NCBI GenBank assembly: GCA_965248835.1
Contig: CBDFLJ010000002.1
Coordinates: forward strand, 96,001-160,000
Direction: 5' to 3'
From: Alphaproteobacteria bacterium
GTDB taxonomy: Bacteria > Pseudomonadota > Alphaproteobacteria > MPNO01
Length of the DNA: 64,000 bases
The notes beneath the pieces are model-generated. The model worked only from the letters and a program-made list of their open reading frames with translations, was not told the origin of the DNA and ran no database searches. Shown piece after piece: positions 18,660 to 34,812 of this stretch (positions are counted from its first letter, which is position 1; every line of letters starts with the position of its first letter). Made by a program: the position numbers and the translations under genes.

Positions 18660-19054
18660 ATGTTTGCAGTCATACGCACGGGCGGGAAGCAGTACCGCAT
18701 CCGGAAGGACGACGTGATCAGGGTCGAGCGCTTGGCCGGCGAACCGGGCGCGACGGTCGCGTTCGACCAGGTGCTGATGCTGGACTCGGGCACCGGGGTG
18801 ACCATCGGCAGCCCGCTGGTCGAGGGTGCGCACGTCGCAGCCACCGTTCTCGATCAGGCGCGCGCCGAGAAGATCCTGGTCTTCAAGAAAAAGCGCCGGA
18901 AGAAATATCGCCGGTTGCACGGACACCGCCAGGACCTGACGGTGCTGCGGATCACAGACATTGCCGCCGGTGCCGAAGAGCCGCCGGCCGAGGAGGGCTC
19001 CGGATCAGTGTCGGAAACGACACAGGCGTCGGCCGGGACCGGGGAGACTTCATA

Positions 19055-19055
<1 letters not shown>
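18660..19055 (+). CDS. rplU: 50S ribosomal protein L21
   Basis: [12 protein letters not shown]...[17 protein letters not shown]. Confidence 0.97.
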
Positions 19056-21496
<2,441 letters not shown>

Positions 21497-21526
21497 AGCG
21501 TCCGAAGCGATGACGGGGAGGCGGTA

Positions 21527-22810
21527 ATGGCGACGCGCCGCACGGTCGGGGAGGCCGACGCACGACAGATGGTCGAAGGACTCGCCCGCGAGGCGCGGGC
21601 GGCGGTGCGCGCGATGGCCGCATGCGGATCGGAGGACAAGAACCGCGCGCTGCATGCCGCCGCTGCCAGGATACGCGCCGACGAAAAGGCCCTGCTCGCC
21701 GCCAATGCGCGCGATTTTGCCGCGCTCGACCGGTCGCGCCGGACCGAGGCGTTCACCGACCGGCTCGGGCTGACGCCCGCGCGCATCGAGGCGATGGCGG
21801 CCGGGCTGGAGCAGATTGCCGGTCTACCCGATCCCGTTGGTGAGGTGATCGCGGCCTGGTCCCGGCCCAACGGGCTTTCGATCGAGCGCGTCCGCGTGCC
21901 GCTCGGCGTGATCGGGATCATCTACGAATCGCGGCCCAACGTGACGGCGGACGCTGGTGCGCTGTGCCTGAAATCGGGCAATGCAGCGATCCTGCGCGGC
22001 GGCTCGGAAAGTCGTCACTCCAGCGCGGCGATCATGGCCTGCCTGGGCGCCGGGCTCGCCGAAGCGGGCCTGCCGGCGGGCGCGATCCAGATCGTGCCGA
22101 CGACCGACCGCGCCGCGGTCGGCGCGATGCTGACCATGCCCGACCTGATCGACATCATCGTCCCGCGCGGCGGCAAGTCGCTGATCGAGCGCGTCCAGCG
22201 CGAGAGCAGGACACCGGTGATCGCCCATCTCGACGGCAACTGCCACGTCTATGTGGAGCGCGGCGCCGATCCTGAGGTGGCTCGATCAATCGCGTTCAAC
22301 GCCAAGATGCGCCGGACCGGGATCTGCGGGGCGGCCGAGACTCTCCTGATCGACCGCTCGATCGCCTCGAGCGTATTGCCGCCGATCCTCGACGATCTGG
22401 CCGCTTCGGGCTGCGAGCTGCGTGGCGATGTCGCCACCTGTGCGCTGGACGATCGCGTGGTCGCCGCGACGGAGGAGGATTGGTACACCGAATACCTCGA
22501 TTCGATCATTGCGGTGAAGCAGGTCGAGGGGCTGGAAGACGCGATCGCGCACATCAACACCTACGGCTCGCACCACACCGACTCGATCGTCACCGGCGAT
22601 GCGCGGGCTGCGGAGCGGTTTCTCGGTGCGGTGGATTCCGCGATCGTGCTCCACAACGCCTCGACCCAGTTCGCTGACGGCGGCGAGTTCGGGATGGGTG
22701 CGGAGATCGGCATTTCCACCGGCCGGCTGCACGCTCGCGGCCCGGTCGGGGTCGAGCAGCTCACCACTTACAAATACGTGGTGCGCGGTTCCGGGCAGGT
22801 TCGGCCCTGA
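21527..22810 (+). CDS. proA: Gamma-glutamyl phosphate reductase
   Basis: [46 protein letters not shown]. Confidence 0.96.
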   Translation: MATRRTVGEADARQMVEGLAREARAAVRAMAACGSEDKNRALHAAAARIRADEKALLAANARDFAALDRSRRTEAFTDRLGLTPARIEAMAAGLEQIAGLPDPVGEVIAAWSRPNGLSIERVRVPLGVIGIIYESRPNVTADAGALCLKSGNAAILRGGSESRHSSAAIMACLGAGLAEAGLPAGAIQIVPTTDRAAVGAMLTMPDLIDIIVPRGGKSLIERVQRESRTPVIAHLDGNCHVYVERGADPEVARSIAFNAKMRRTGICGAAETLLIDRSIASSVLPPILDDLAASGCELRGDVATCALDDRVVAATEEDWYTEYLDSIIAVKQVEGLEDAIAHINTYGSHHTDSIVTGDARAAERFLGAVDSAIVLHNASTQFADGGEFGMGAEIGISTGRLHARGPVGVEQLTTYKYVVRGSGQVRP

Positions 22811-23481
22811 CCGTCTACACCACGATCCGTCGTGGCCTGGATGCGCCCGGTCTCAGAGTCGGCATCCTCGGCGGGTCCTTCAACCCGGCCCACGAGGGCC
22901 ACCTGCATATCAGCCTGCTGGCGCTCAAGCAGCTCAGGCTGGACGAGATCTGGTGGATGGTCTCGCCGCAGAACCCGCTCAAGCCGGCCGAAGGCATGGC
23001 CGGCTTCGACGACCGGCTCACCGGGGCTCACAGGTTCGCCCGCCATCCGGCGATCCGCGTCGTCGACATCGAACAACGCCTGGGCACCCGCTATACCGCC
23101 CATTCGCTGCACGCGATGAAGTTCTGCTTCCCGCGCATGCACTTCGTCTGGATCATGGGCGCCGACAATCTCGCCGAGATCTCCAGATGGCGGCAATGGA
23201 CCAAAATCTTCAATCTCATGCCCATTGCCGTTTTCGACCGCGCGCCGTATTCTTTCGGGGCGATCGCCGGGAAGGCGGCGCAGGCGTTCTCACGATTCAA
23301 GATGAAGCGCAAGGACGCCCACGAGTTGATCGAAACGAAGCCGCCGGCGTGGATGTTCTTCCACACCAGACTGCATCCCGCCTCGGCAACGAATATCCGG
23401 GCGCGGCGCCAGGTGGCTCCGCCAAACGAGGAACGTGCGGCGCACGAGGCCCGATCCCGGGAAGGAGCGCAAGATCGCTGA
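22807..23481 (+). CDS. nadD: Nicotinate-nucleotide adenylyltransferase
   Basis: In frame upstream of the track's ATG is [14 protein letters not shown] (HxGH); also WIMGADN. Start inferred at the CTG overlapping the proA TGA. Confidence 0.9.
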   Translation: MTVYTTIRRGLDAPGLRVGILGGSFNPAHEGHLHISLLALKQLRLDEIWWMVSPQNPLKPAEGMAGFDDRLTGAHRFARHPAIRVVDIEQRLGTRYTAHSLHAMKFCFPRMHFVWIMGADNLAEISRWRQWTKIFNLMPIAVFDRAPYSFGAIAGKAAQAFSRFKMKRKDAHELIETKPPAWMFFHTRLHPASATNIRARRQVAPPNEERAAHEARSREGAQDR

Positions 23482-23857
23482 CGGCGAACCGGCCGGTTCC
23501 GGATCCGATCCCCTGATCGAGGCCATCACGGCCTGCCTCGACGACAACAAAGCCATCGACGTGATGGTGATCGACCTGCGCGGCAAATCGCCGATGGCAG
23601 ACTACATGGTGGTTGCCTCCGGCGTCTCGGCGCGGCAGGTAGGCGCCCTGGCCCAACATCTGCTCCGCCGGCTGAAGCAGTTCGGCATCATCGGCATCAC
23701 CCCCGAAGGGCTCAAACAGGGCGATTGGGTGCTGATCGACGCCGGCGATGCGATCGTCCACCTGTTTCGCCCCGAAATCCGGGATTTCTACGGCATCGAG
23801 AAGATGTGGGGCATTTCGCTCGGCGAACCGGACCGGACGACCGAGGCCGGCGGCTGA
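23435..23857 (+). CDS. rsfS: Ribosome silencing factor
   Basis: LDDNKAID...ADYMVVASG...DWVLIDAGDAIVHLFRPEIRDFYGIEKMW. Start uncertain (ATC at 23474 follows AAGGAG). Confidence 0.92.
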   Translation: MRRTRPDPGKERKIADGEPAGSGSDPLIEAITACLDDNKAIDVMVIDLRGKSPMADYMVVASGVSARQVGALAQHLLRRLKQFGIIGITPEGLKQGDWVLIDAGDAIVHLFRPEIRDFYGIEKMWGISLGEPDRTTEAGG

Positions 23858-23865
23858 GCGCGCCG

Positions 23866-24327
23866 CTGCGGCTGACGATCGTCTCGGTCGGCCGGTTCAA
23901 GTCCGGTCCCGAACAGGCCCTGTTCGAGCATTTTCGCCGCCGGGTGTCCTGGCAGACGACCCTCCGCGAGGTCGAGGTCGCGGGCGGCCGCGTCGGCGGG
24001 GCGCGCATCAGACGCGAGGCAGAAGGGCTCGAGGCGGCGGTCCCGGCGGGCGCGCGCCGTGTGGCGCTGGATGAGCGCGGCAAAGCGCTGTCGAGCGCGC
24101 ATTTCGCGCGGCTTCTCGGAGATTGGCAGGACTCCGGCCACCGCGAGGTCGCGTTCTTCATCGGCGGTGCGGAAGGGCTCGCGCCCGGTCTCGTGGCGGG
24201 CTGCGATCTGGTGCTGTCCTACGGCAGCCCGACCTGGCCGCACCTGATGGTGCGCGGCATGCTGATGGAGCAGATCTACCGCGCGCAGCAGATCCTCGTC
24301 GGTCACCCCTACCACCGCGGCAAATAA
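23866..24327 (+). CDS. rlmH: 23S rRNA (pseudouridine1915-N3)-methyltransferase
   Basis: RLTIVSVGR, ALDERGK, FIGGAEG, TWPH.MVR.ML.EQIYRA..IL.GHPYHR. Only CTG starts are available near the expected N-terminus. Confidence 0.92.
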   Translation: MRLTIVSVGRFKSGPEQALFEHFRRRVSWQTTLREVEVAGGRVGGARIRREAEGLEAAVPAGARRVALDERGKALSSAHFARLLGDWQDSGHREVAFFIGGAEGLAPGLVAGCDLVLSYGSPTWPHLMVRGMLMEQIYRAQQILVGHPYHRGK

Positions 24328-24411
24328 AGGGTGGCTTTGCGTGCCCGATCGCTACAGTTTGTCGGCACTCTTGCCTAAATGGAGACCAGCAAGAGAGGGC
24401 CATTGACACTC

Positions 24412-25599
24412 ATGGCGCGACATCGCCTGCTCGCGGCTGCCATTCTGGCGCTCATTGCCGGCACAGCGGCCGTTTGCCCCGCTGCCGCGGACACGAAGGC
24501 GGACCCTCAGCGTCTGGAGGCGGTCAAACGCGCGCTCGAAAGGGCCCGAGACGACGGCACCGCCCTGCAGCAGCGCGCCGCGGACGAAGCGCGACGGCTA
24601 ACTCGGCTGAAGCGCCGCCTGGTCGGGATTGCCGCGACAACCCGGCGCTTCGACGACCGGATCGCTGCCAAGGACGAAGCTCTGAAAGGGCTGATCGCGC
24701 GCGAGGCGAAGGCCGCGAATGCGCTGGCGGGACGGCGCGAGTCGCTCGGGCGCCTGCTCGCTGCACTGCAGCATCTGGCGCGCCGTCCGGTCCGCGCCGG
24801 CATGTTGGCGGGCGCCGCGGATCCGCTGCCGACCCTGCGCGGGGCCATGGTGATGCGCCATGCAGTGCCCCGCCTGGACCACGACGCGAGGGCGCTTGCC
24901 GCCGAACTGCAGACCCTGAGGCGCCTGCGTCGGACGATCGTCCGTGAGCAGGTCGAACGCGACCGGGTCCAGGCCGCGCTCACCGCCGAGCGGCGCGCTC
25001 TCGCCGGGCTGATCGAGGAGCGAACCCGGCTCGAGCGCCGCTGGCGGAAGGCTGGCGCCAGCGCGCACGCAACGGCGGCACGCCTGGCAGACGAGGCCGA
25101 AGGGATCGAACAGCTCCTTGAACGGATCGACCGGGCGCAGCAAGGCCTCGGGCTGCGGCCGGGCGATCTGCTGGCCTCACCCGAACAGGCCTCGACCCTG
25201 GTGGTCGCGAGACGGGCGCCCCTGGCCGCGCCGCGCCTGCCGGTCGCCGGCAAGGTGACCGCGAAATTCGGCGGCAAGGTGCGCGGCACCACCGTGCGGA
25301 CGCGCCCGGCCGCGGAGGTGGTCGCGCCGCGCGCCGGTCGGGTCGTCTTCGCCGGCCCGTTCCGGGGCTATGGCCAACTCTTGATCATCCAGCATGCCGG
25401 GGGATATCATATGCTTCTCGCTGGATTGGGCCGGCTCCACGCCGGTTCTGGCGACGAGGTTCTCGCCGGCGAGCCGATCGGTGCCATGGGATCCAAGTCC
25501 GGCAGCGCAAGCGATCTCTATATCGAGCTGCGTCACGGTGGCCGCCTCATCAACCCTTTGCCCTGGCTAGCGGCAAACAGCGACAAGGTAAGTGGATAA
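24412..25599 (+). CDS. envC: Murein hydrolase activator EnvC family (coiled coil plus degenerate M23)
   Basis: Signal peptide, long coiled coil, VVFAGPFRGYGQLLIIQH...LYIELR...INPLPWL. Confidence 0.85.
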   Translation: MARHRLLAAAILALIAGTAAVCPAAADTKADPQRLEAVKRALERARDDGTALQQRAADEARRLTRLKRRLVGIAATTRRFDDRIAAKDEALKGLIAREAKAANALAGRRESLGRLLAALQHLARRPVRAGMLAGAADPLPTLRGAMVMRHAVPRLDHDARALAAELQTLRRLRRTIVREQVERDRVQAALTAERRALAGLIEERTRLERRWRKAGASAHATAARLADEAEGIEQLLERIDRAQQGLGLRPGDLLASPEQASTLVVARRAPLAAPRLPVAGKVTAKFGGKVRGTTVRTRPAAEVVAPRAGRVVFAGPFRGYGQLLIIQHAGGYHMLLAGLGRLHAGSGDEVLAGEPIGAMGSKSGSASDLYIELRHGGRLINPLPWLAANSDKVSG

Positions 25600-26888
25600 T
25601 GCGAGCCCGGATCTTCGCGGCGGCGGCCGTTGTCTCCCTCGTGGCCTTTACGGTCCCGGCCGGCGCGCAATCGAACACCTCGGAGACCTACCGGCAGCTC
25701 AACCTGTTCGGCGACATCTTCGAGCGGGTGCGCTCGGACTACGTCAAGGAAGTCTCCGACGAGAAGCTTGTTGAATTCGCGATCAATGGGATGCTGACGT
25801 CGCTCGATCCGCATTCGAGCTATCTGAATGCCAAGAACTTCCGCGACATGCAGGTGCAGACCCGCGGCGAGTTCGGCGGGCTGGGTATCGAGGTGACGAT
25901 GGAGAACGGCTTGGTCAAGGTGGTCTCGCCGATCGACGACACCCCAGCCCACCGCGCCGGCCTCAAGCCGGGCGATCTGATCACCCATCTCGACAAGGAG
26001 GCGGTGCAGGGCATGACGCTCTCCGAGGCGGTAGAACGCATGCGCGGTCCGGTCGATACCGATGTCGTGATTACCATCCGCCGGCTCGAACGCGAGCCGT
26101 TCGACGTCACCATCACCCGCGCGGTCATCAAGATCCAGTCGGTGCGCTCGCGGGCCGAGGGCGATGTCGGCTATATTCGGGTCACCACGTTCAGCGAGCA
26201 GACCGCGCGCGGAGTCGAGCGCGCCCTGGAGAAGTTCCACGCCGGGCTGGGCGCGAAGATGAAGGGCTTGGTGCTCGATCTGCGCAACAACCCCGGCGGC
26301 CTACTCGACCAGTCGGTCAAGGTCGCCGACGTTTTCCTCGACCGTGGCGAGATCGTCTCCACCCGCTCGCGCCGGTCCGACGATGCCCAGCGTTTCAATG
26401 CCAAGCCCGGCGACAGCGCGAACGGCCTGCCGATCGTGGTGCTGATAAACGGCGGGTCGGCCTCGGCCTCGGAGATCGTCGCCGGGGCGCTTCAGGACCA
26501 CCGCCGCGGCATCCTCATGGGTACGCGGTCGTTCGGCAAGGGATCAGTCCAGACGATCATCCCGCTGGCCGGCCACGGGGCGATCCGGCTGACCACGGCG
26601 CAGTACTACACACCCTCGGGCCGATCGATCCAGGCCAAGGGGATCGACCCCGATATCGTCGTCGAGCAGGCTCGAATCGAGACCGTCAACGAAGAGGGCC
26701 GCCGGCGCGAGCGCGACCTGCGCGGGGCGCTGAGAAACCCGGACGAGACCGGTTCCGATGGCAAGCCCCGGTCCGGCAGGAGCGACTCTGGCGCCCCCTC
26801 GTCCTCCCCGCCAGAGGATTACCAGCTTACGCGGGCGATCGACCTGCTGCGCGGTCTTGCGCTCTACGCGACCAGGCCCGGCAACTAG
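25599..26888 (+). CDS. ctpA: Carboxyl-terminal processing protease, S41 family
   Basis: LDPHSSY, PDZ GGLGIEV, DLRNNPGG, SASASEI, FGKGSVQ. Confidence 0.93.
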   Translation: MRARIFAAAAVVSLVAFTVPAGAQSNTSETYRQLNLFGDIFERVRSDYVKEVSDEKLVEFAINGMLTSLDPHSSYLNAKNFRDMQVQTRGEFGGLGIEVTMENGLVKVVSPIDDTPAHRAGLKPGDLITHLDKEAVQGMTLSEAVERMRGPVDTDVVITIRRLEREPFDVTITRAVIKIQSVRSRAEGDVGYIRVTTFSEQTARGVERALEKFHAGLGAKMKGLVLDLRNNPGGLLDQSVKVADVFLDRGEIVSTRSRRSDDAQRFNAKPGDSANGLPIVVLINGGSASASEIVAGALQDHRRGILMGTRSFGKGSVQTIIPLAGHGAIRLTTAQYYTPSGRSIQAKGIDPDIVVEQARIETVNEEGRRRERDLRGALRNPDETGSDGKPRSGRSDSGAPSSSPPEDYQLTRAIDLLRGLALYATRPGN

Positions 26889-26900
26889 CGCCCGATCCCG

Positions 26901-27389
26901 GTGCTTGCGGCGCCGCCTGACGGCTATCGTCCCTGTGTCGGCGTGGTGCTGTTCAACGATCACGGGCTGGTCTTCGCGGGCCGGCGGATCGATACGGCGG
27001 GCGACGCCTGGCAGCTACCGCAGGGCGGGATCGATGGCGGCGAGGCGCCCGGCGAGGCGGGGCTGCGCGAGCTTGCCGAGGAGACCGGAACGGACCGGGC
27101 GCGGATCGTCGACGAGCTCCCGGGCTGGCTGACCTACGACCTGCCGGCGGAACTCGCCGAGCGGATTTGGGGCGGGCGTTATCGCGGCCAGGCGCAGAAA
27201 TGGCTGCTGGCCCGGTTCACCGGCCGTGATGAGGATTTCGATCTGACCGCCGCCGGGCACGCCGAGTTTGATGCCTGGCGCTGGATGGACCTGGCCGAGA
27301 TCGCCGTGCAGATCGTCCCCTTCAAGCGCGCGGTCTATGACCGCCTGGTCGAGGGTTTCGCCGCGCGCATCGCGCGTGAGACCGCGTAG
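26901..27389 (+). CDS. rppH: RNA pyrophosphohydrolase (Nudix)
   Basis: [15 protein letters not shown]...[25 protein letters not shown]. Confidence 0.92.
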   Translation: MLAAPPDGYRPCVGVVLFNDHGLVFAGRRIDTAGDAWQLPQGGIDGGEAPGEAGLRELAEETGTDRARIVDELPGWLTYDLPAELAERIWGGRYRGQAQKWLLARFTGRDEDFDLTAAGHAEFDAWRWMDLAEIAVQIVPFKRAVYDRLVEGFAARIARETA

Positions 27390-27397
27390 GCCGAAGC

Positions 27398-27811
27398 TCA
27401 GGCGCCACCGGTGCGGATGGCCTCGCGCAGCGCCTCGGCGACGGCGATCCGCTTGCGCGCCGCGTCGCGCGCGGACTCGTCCTCGGCGTATTCGAGGTCA
27501 TCGCGCGCGGCGGCAATTCGGTCCTCGGCCGCCTGCGGGTCGGCCTCTTCCAAGCCCACCGCCTCCTCGGCGAGCACCGTGCAGCGTTCGGGGTTGACCT
27601 CCGCGAAGCCGCCGGCAACGAAAACCCGCCGCTCCACCGCGCCGCCGTTCCAGATCGAGATCACGCCGGTGCGCACCGTGGAGATGAACGGCGCGTGGCC
27701 CGGCAGGACGCCGAAATCGCCCTCGGCGCCCGGCACCACCACCATCTCGACCGGGGCGGAAATCAACAGCCGTTCCGGCGAGACAAGCTCGAAGTCGACG
27801 GTTCCGGCCAT
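27398..27811 (-). CDS. atpC: ATP synthase F1 epsilon
   Basis: FELVSPER, PGAEGDFGVLPGHAP, FVAGGFAEV. Confidence 0.96.
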   Translation of the reverse strand: MAGTVDFELVSPERLLISAPVEMVVVPGAEGDFGVLPGHAPFISTVRTGVISIWNGGAVERRVFVAGGFAEVNPERCTVLAEEAVGLEEADPQAAEDRIAAARDDLEYAEDESARDAARKRIAVAEALREAIRTGGA

Positions 27812-27814
27812 GGC

Positions 27815-29254
<1,440 letters not shown>

Positions 29255-29282
29255 TTACCTGGCACGTCCGGACCGCCCGCGC

Positions 29283-30176
29283 TCAGACCGCCTCGGCACC
29301 GGAGATGATCTCGATCAACTCGCTGGTGATGGCCGCCTGGCGTGTCCGGTTGTAGTTGAGCGTCAGCCGGTCGATCATGTCGCCGGCGTTGCGCGTGGCG
29401 TTGTCCATCGCGGCCATCCGCGCGCCCTGCTCCGAGGCGTTGTTCTCCAGCAGCGCCCGGAAGACCTGGATCGACAGGTTGAGCGGCAGCAGGTCGGCCA
29501 GGATCTCGCTCTCGTCGGGCTCGAACTCGTAGACTGCTCTGGAGCCGGTGGTCTGCGCCTGCTCTTCCTCGACCGCCGCCGACAGGCCGAACGGGATGAG
29601 CTGCTGGACGGTCACGATCTGGCGGATGGCGGAGGCGAACTTGTTGTAGACGATGGTGCAAACGTCGAATGCGTCCTCGTCGTAGAGCGCGACCAGCCGG
29701 TCGGCGATCCCGCTGGCGTCGGCGTAGCCGAGGCTCGGACGGCCGACCTCGTCGATCGTCTCGACGATCATGGCGCCGTACTCGCGCAGCAGCTGGGCGC
29801 GCGCCTTGCGCCCGATGCATAGGATCTTGACCTCCTTGCCGGCGGCCTGGAGGGAGCGCAGCCGGTGGCGCGCCTCACGCACGATGGTCGAGTTGAACCC
29901 GCCGCACAGCCCGCGGTCCGAAGTGGCGACCACCAGGAGATGTACCTGATCGCGGCCGCGTCCGCCGAGCAGCGCAGGCGCATTGGTCCCCGGTGTAAGG
30001 CTTGCCGCAAGCGAGGCCAGCATGCGCTCCATGCTCTCGGCGTAGGGTCTGGCCGCCTCGGCCTGCTCCTGGGCGCGGCGCAGCTTGGCGGCTGCGACCA
30101 TCTTCATCGCCGCGGTGATCTTCTGCGTCGACTTGACGCTGTTGATGCGTGTGCGCAGGTCCTTGAGGTTGGGCAT
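29283..30176 (-). CDS. atpG: ATP synthase F1 gamma
   Basis: [38 protein letters not shown]. Confidence 0.97.
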   Translation of the reverse strand: MPNLKDLRTRINSVKSTQKITAAMKMVAAAKLRRAQEQAEAARPYAESMERMLASLAASLTPGTNAPALLGGRGRDQVHLLVVATSDRGLCGGFNSTIVREARHRLRSLQAAGKEVKILCIGRKARAQLLREYGAMIVETIDEVGRPSLGYADASGIADRLVALYDEDAFDVCTIVYNKFASAIRQIVTVQQLIPFGLSAAVEEEQAQTTGSRAVYEFEPDESEILADLLPLNLSIQVFRALLENNASEQGARMAAMDNATRNAGDMIDRLTLNYNRTRQAAITSELIEIISGAEAV

Positions 30177-30190
30177 CGGCGTGGCGATCC

Positions 30191-31722
<1,532 letters not shown>

Positions 31723-31726
<4 letters not shown>

Positions 31727-32283
31727 GCGGCCCCTTTCAAGGCTGTCTGCAGCTTCTGCAGCTTCGTTCTGAGGGAGGAATCGACCATGCGCGAGCCGAC
31801 CTTGACGATCAGCCCGCCGAGGATCTCGGGCTCGACGCGCGCCTCGACGGTGACGTTGGCGCCGACCGATCGGCGCAGCGCGTCCTCGAGCGCGTCGTGC
31901 TGGGCCGCCCCGAGCGGCTGAGCCGAGACGACGTCCGCAGTCATCTCGCCGCGGCGCGCGGCGAGCAGGGCCGCGAAGACCCTGATCATGTCGCCCAGCG
32001 CGGGCAGCCTGCGGTTGGCGGCTACCACGCCGACGAACCGCCGGGTCATCTCGCCGATCGCTGCGCGCTCCATCACTGCATCGATCGCCTTGGCCTGGTC
32101 GTCGCGGCCGATGATCGGACTGGTCAGCAGGCGGGCGAGATCGCCGGACTCCTCAATCATCGCCTGCAGGCGCGTCAAATCGTCCTTGACCTGATCGAAG
32201 GCGTCGCTCTCTCCGGCCAAATCGAATAAAGCGGTCGCGTACCGACCGGCGATACCGGACACGTCAATCGGCTCGGCTGACAC
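31723..32283 (-). CDS. atpH: ATP synthase F1 delta
   Basis: [10 protein letters not shown]...[17 protein letters not shown]. Confidence 0.96.
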
Positions 32284-32458
32284 CTGAGCTTGCCCCTAAA
32301 CCGTCTGGACGGTGACCTGTAATTCTCTCGTAACTGTATGAGAATCAAGGCGGTTTGTGCGCCGCGACGGGCCGGAAGACCCGCCTGCCAGCGCGGCAGG
32401 CCTACCTATCACAACCCCAAGACGGTTGCAACCCGCGGCCCCGCGCGCTCCCGGCCTG

Positions 32459-34555
32459 TCATTGGTGGCCGTGCAGCAGTTCGGAATAGGTCGGCAGCGG
32501 CCACAGACGGTGGTCCACGCGCTCCTCCAACCGATCCACCACCGCCCTTGCGGACTGCATCAGCGGTTTCATGGTTTCGTGGGCGTAGGACGCCGATTGC
32601 GCCGGGCCATCCTCGGGAAACTCATCGAACGCCTCGGCCAGATTATCGGTCTCGGTAAGCAACTGCTGAACGAGATCCTCCTTCTCGCCGAAAAGCCTGG
32701 AAGAAAAACCCGACCCGACGCCCGCGCGGACGTCTTCGATGGCCGCGGGGATGATGAAGGTCCGCAGGATGTTCAACAGCGTCCGCGCCTCGATCCAGAG
32801 CTCCGTGGCGTACGCCTCTTGCAGGACGCCCTGACGCGCCGCAATCTCCCGTTCGTTGAAGATGCCCAAATCACCGAACAGTCTGATGTTCTTGACCGAC
32901 GTCAGCTCCTGGTATGCCTCGGGGCTGCTCTTCAGATGGATCAGATCCCATCTTGCGGCGTGTTCATACAGCTCCTCGGAGTAGCCGTTGCCGCTGAACA
33001 ACGCGCCCTGGTTTTCCGCGATGGTCTCACGGATGACCTGGTCGACCTCCTTGCCGCCTTCGATCTCGTCGCACATGTGCTTCAGGCTGTCGGCCAGCGC
33101 CGCGTTGACCATCGTGAGCGGGAAGGCGATATGCTGGTTGCCGCCCACCGCCCGGAACTCGAACCGGTTGCCGCACCAGGGGAATGGCGCGGTGCGGTTG
33201 CGGTCCTCCAGATTGGCCCTGATGTCGGCGACCGGCGCCGATATCTCGATCTCCTTGTGCTGGGTTCCGTATGCGGTGAATTTGCCGCCTTCGGCGACCT
33301 TCTTGACATGCTTTTCCAGGAGCTCGCCGAGATGGAGCGTAATGATCGCCGGCGGCGCCTCCTGCGCACCCAGCCGGTGATCGTTGCCGGCGGTGGACAC
33401 CCCGCAACGCAGCAGATCACCGTGCTTGTTCACCCCGCGCAACAGCGCGGCGACGAAGGTGATGAAGCGCCGGTTGTCGTTTTCGGTTTTCCCGGGAACG
33501 AACAGATTGACGCCGGTGTCGGTGTTCAAGCCCCAGTTGTTGTGCTTGCCGTTCCCGTTGATGCCGGCAAACGGTTTTTCGTGGAACAAGATGGCGAAAC
33601 CGTGGTCGAAGGCCAGATCGCGCAGCACGTCCATCGCCAGCACGTTGGTGTCCGCGGCGAGGTTTGCCAAATTGAAGATCGGCGAGATCTCATGTTGCGC
33701 CGGCGCCACTTCGTTGTGGGTGCAGTGGATCGAAATCCCCAGCTCCCACATCTTCTCCCGCGCCGCCGCCATGTAGCGGTTCACCCGCGGCGGCAGCCTG
33801 GAGAAATAGTTGGTCGACATCTCCTGACCGCGAAGCGGCTTGGCCCCCACCAGAGTGCGTCCGGTGGCCACCAGATCGGGCCGCGCCAGATACTTCTCCC
33901 GGTCGATCAGGAAGAACTCCTGCTCCCAACCGACATTGCACACGACTTCCTTGGTGTCGGTGTCCCCGAGATGTTGCAACAACCGGAGGCTTTGTTCATT
34001 GACCGCAAGGTCGGCGCGCAACAGCGGGGTTTTCTGGTCGAGCGCCTCGCCGGTCCATGACACGAAGGCGGACGGGATGTACAGCGTTTGCCGGTAGACA
34101 AAGGGCGGTGATCCCGTATCCCAGCCCATATAAGCCGCCGCTTCGTGGGTTTCGCGGAGGCCTCCGTTGGGGAATGACGACCCATCGGTCTCGGTCTGGA
34201 ACAGTTGTGAGCCCGTCAAGTCTATGATCAACTTGTCGGTCGCGAAATCCACCGCCACGAATGTTTCGAGTTTCTCGCCGTGAATCGGCCCTCGTATGGG
34301 CGAGAACCAATGCGAATAGCCGATGCAGCCCTTCGACTGCGCCCACTCCAGGATGGATTTCGCCAACGCATCGGCGAAGTTCCTGTCCATCTGCAGCCCG
34401 GTCGCTCGGCACCGCGCGAACGCGTAATAGACGTCCGGATCGACCAGCTTTTTCAGGATCGCGTCGTCCAGCACATTGCTGTTCATGTTCGCCAATGCCT
34501 CGGGCAGGGCGACCGTCTGCGCCGGTGCGTCGTAGGTCGAATGCATCATGGCCAC
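32459..34555 (-). CDS. Glutamine synthetase type III
   Basis: About 700 aa; HWFSP, DGSSFPNGGLR, GWEQEFFL, HNEVAPAQHE, HEKPFAGINGNGKHNNW, NDHRLGAQEAPP, DRNRT..FEFR. Start placed at GTG 34555 behind GGGGAGG. Confidence 0.93.
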   Translation of the reverse strand: MAMMHSTYDAPAQTVALPEALANMNSNVLDDAILKKLVDPDVYYAFARCRATGLQMDRNFADALAKSILEWAQSKGCIGYSHWFSPIRGPIHGEKLETFVAVDFATDKLIIDLTGSQLFQTETDGSSFPNGGLRETHEAAAYMGWDTGSPPFVYRQTLYIPSAFVSWTGEALDQKTPLLRADLAVNEQSLRLLQHLGDTDTKEVVCNVGWEQEFFLIDREKYLARPDLVATGRTLVGAKPLRGQEMSTNYFSRLPPRVNRYMAAAREKMWELGISIHCTHNEVAPAQHEISPIFNLANLAADTNVLAMDVLRDLAFDHGFAILFHEKPFAGINGNGKHNNWGLNTDTGVNLFVPGKTENDNRRFITFVAALLRGVNKHGDLLRCGVSTAGNDHRLGAQEAPPAIITLHLGELLEKHVKKVAEGGKFTAYGTQHKEIEISAPVADIRANLEDRNRTAPFPWCGNRFEFRAVGGNQHIAFPLTMVNAALADSLKHMCDEIEGGKEVDQVIRETIAENQGALFSGNGYSEELYEHAARWDLIHLKSSPEAYQELTSVKNIRLFGDLGIFNEREIAARQGVLQEAYATELWIEARTLLNILRTFIIPAAIEDVRAGVGSGFSSRLFGEKEDLVQQLLTETDNLAEAFDEFPEDGPAQSASYAHETMKPLMQSARAVVDRLEERVDHRLWPLPTYSELLHGHQ

Positions 34556-34812
34556 CGGTTCTTCCTCCCCGATAGGTTCGCTGGTCGAGCCGAAACTACT
34601 GCATAACGCGACCGGCCGCCAAGGAGAACGATCCGCGCCGACGGCGCTGTCTGGCGCTGCGGGGCGGCGAGTATGAAGCTCCAATCAACTTGACCCTTGC
34701 GACGAAACCGGACAACAATTGTAGCGAACACTATGGACAACCGGATGCATGGCGATCGATCCGGAGCCGACATCTCGGACTGTCCGACACCGGGTGAAAC
34801 GTCGGTCCAGGG

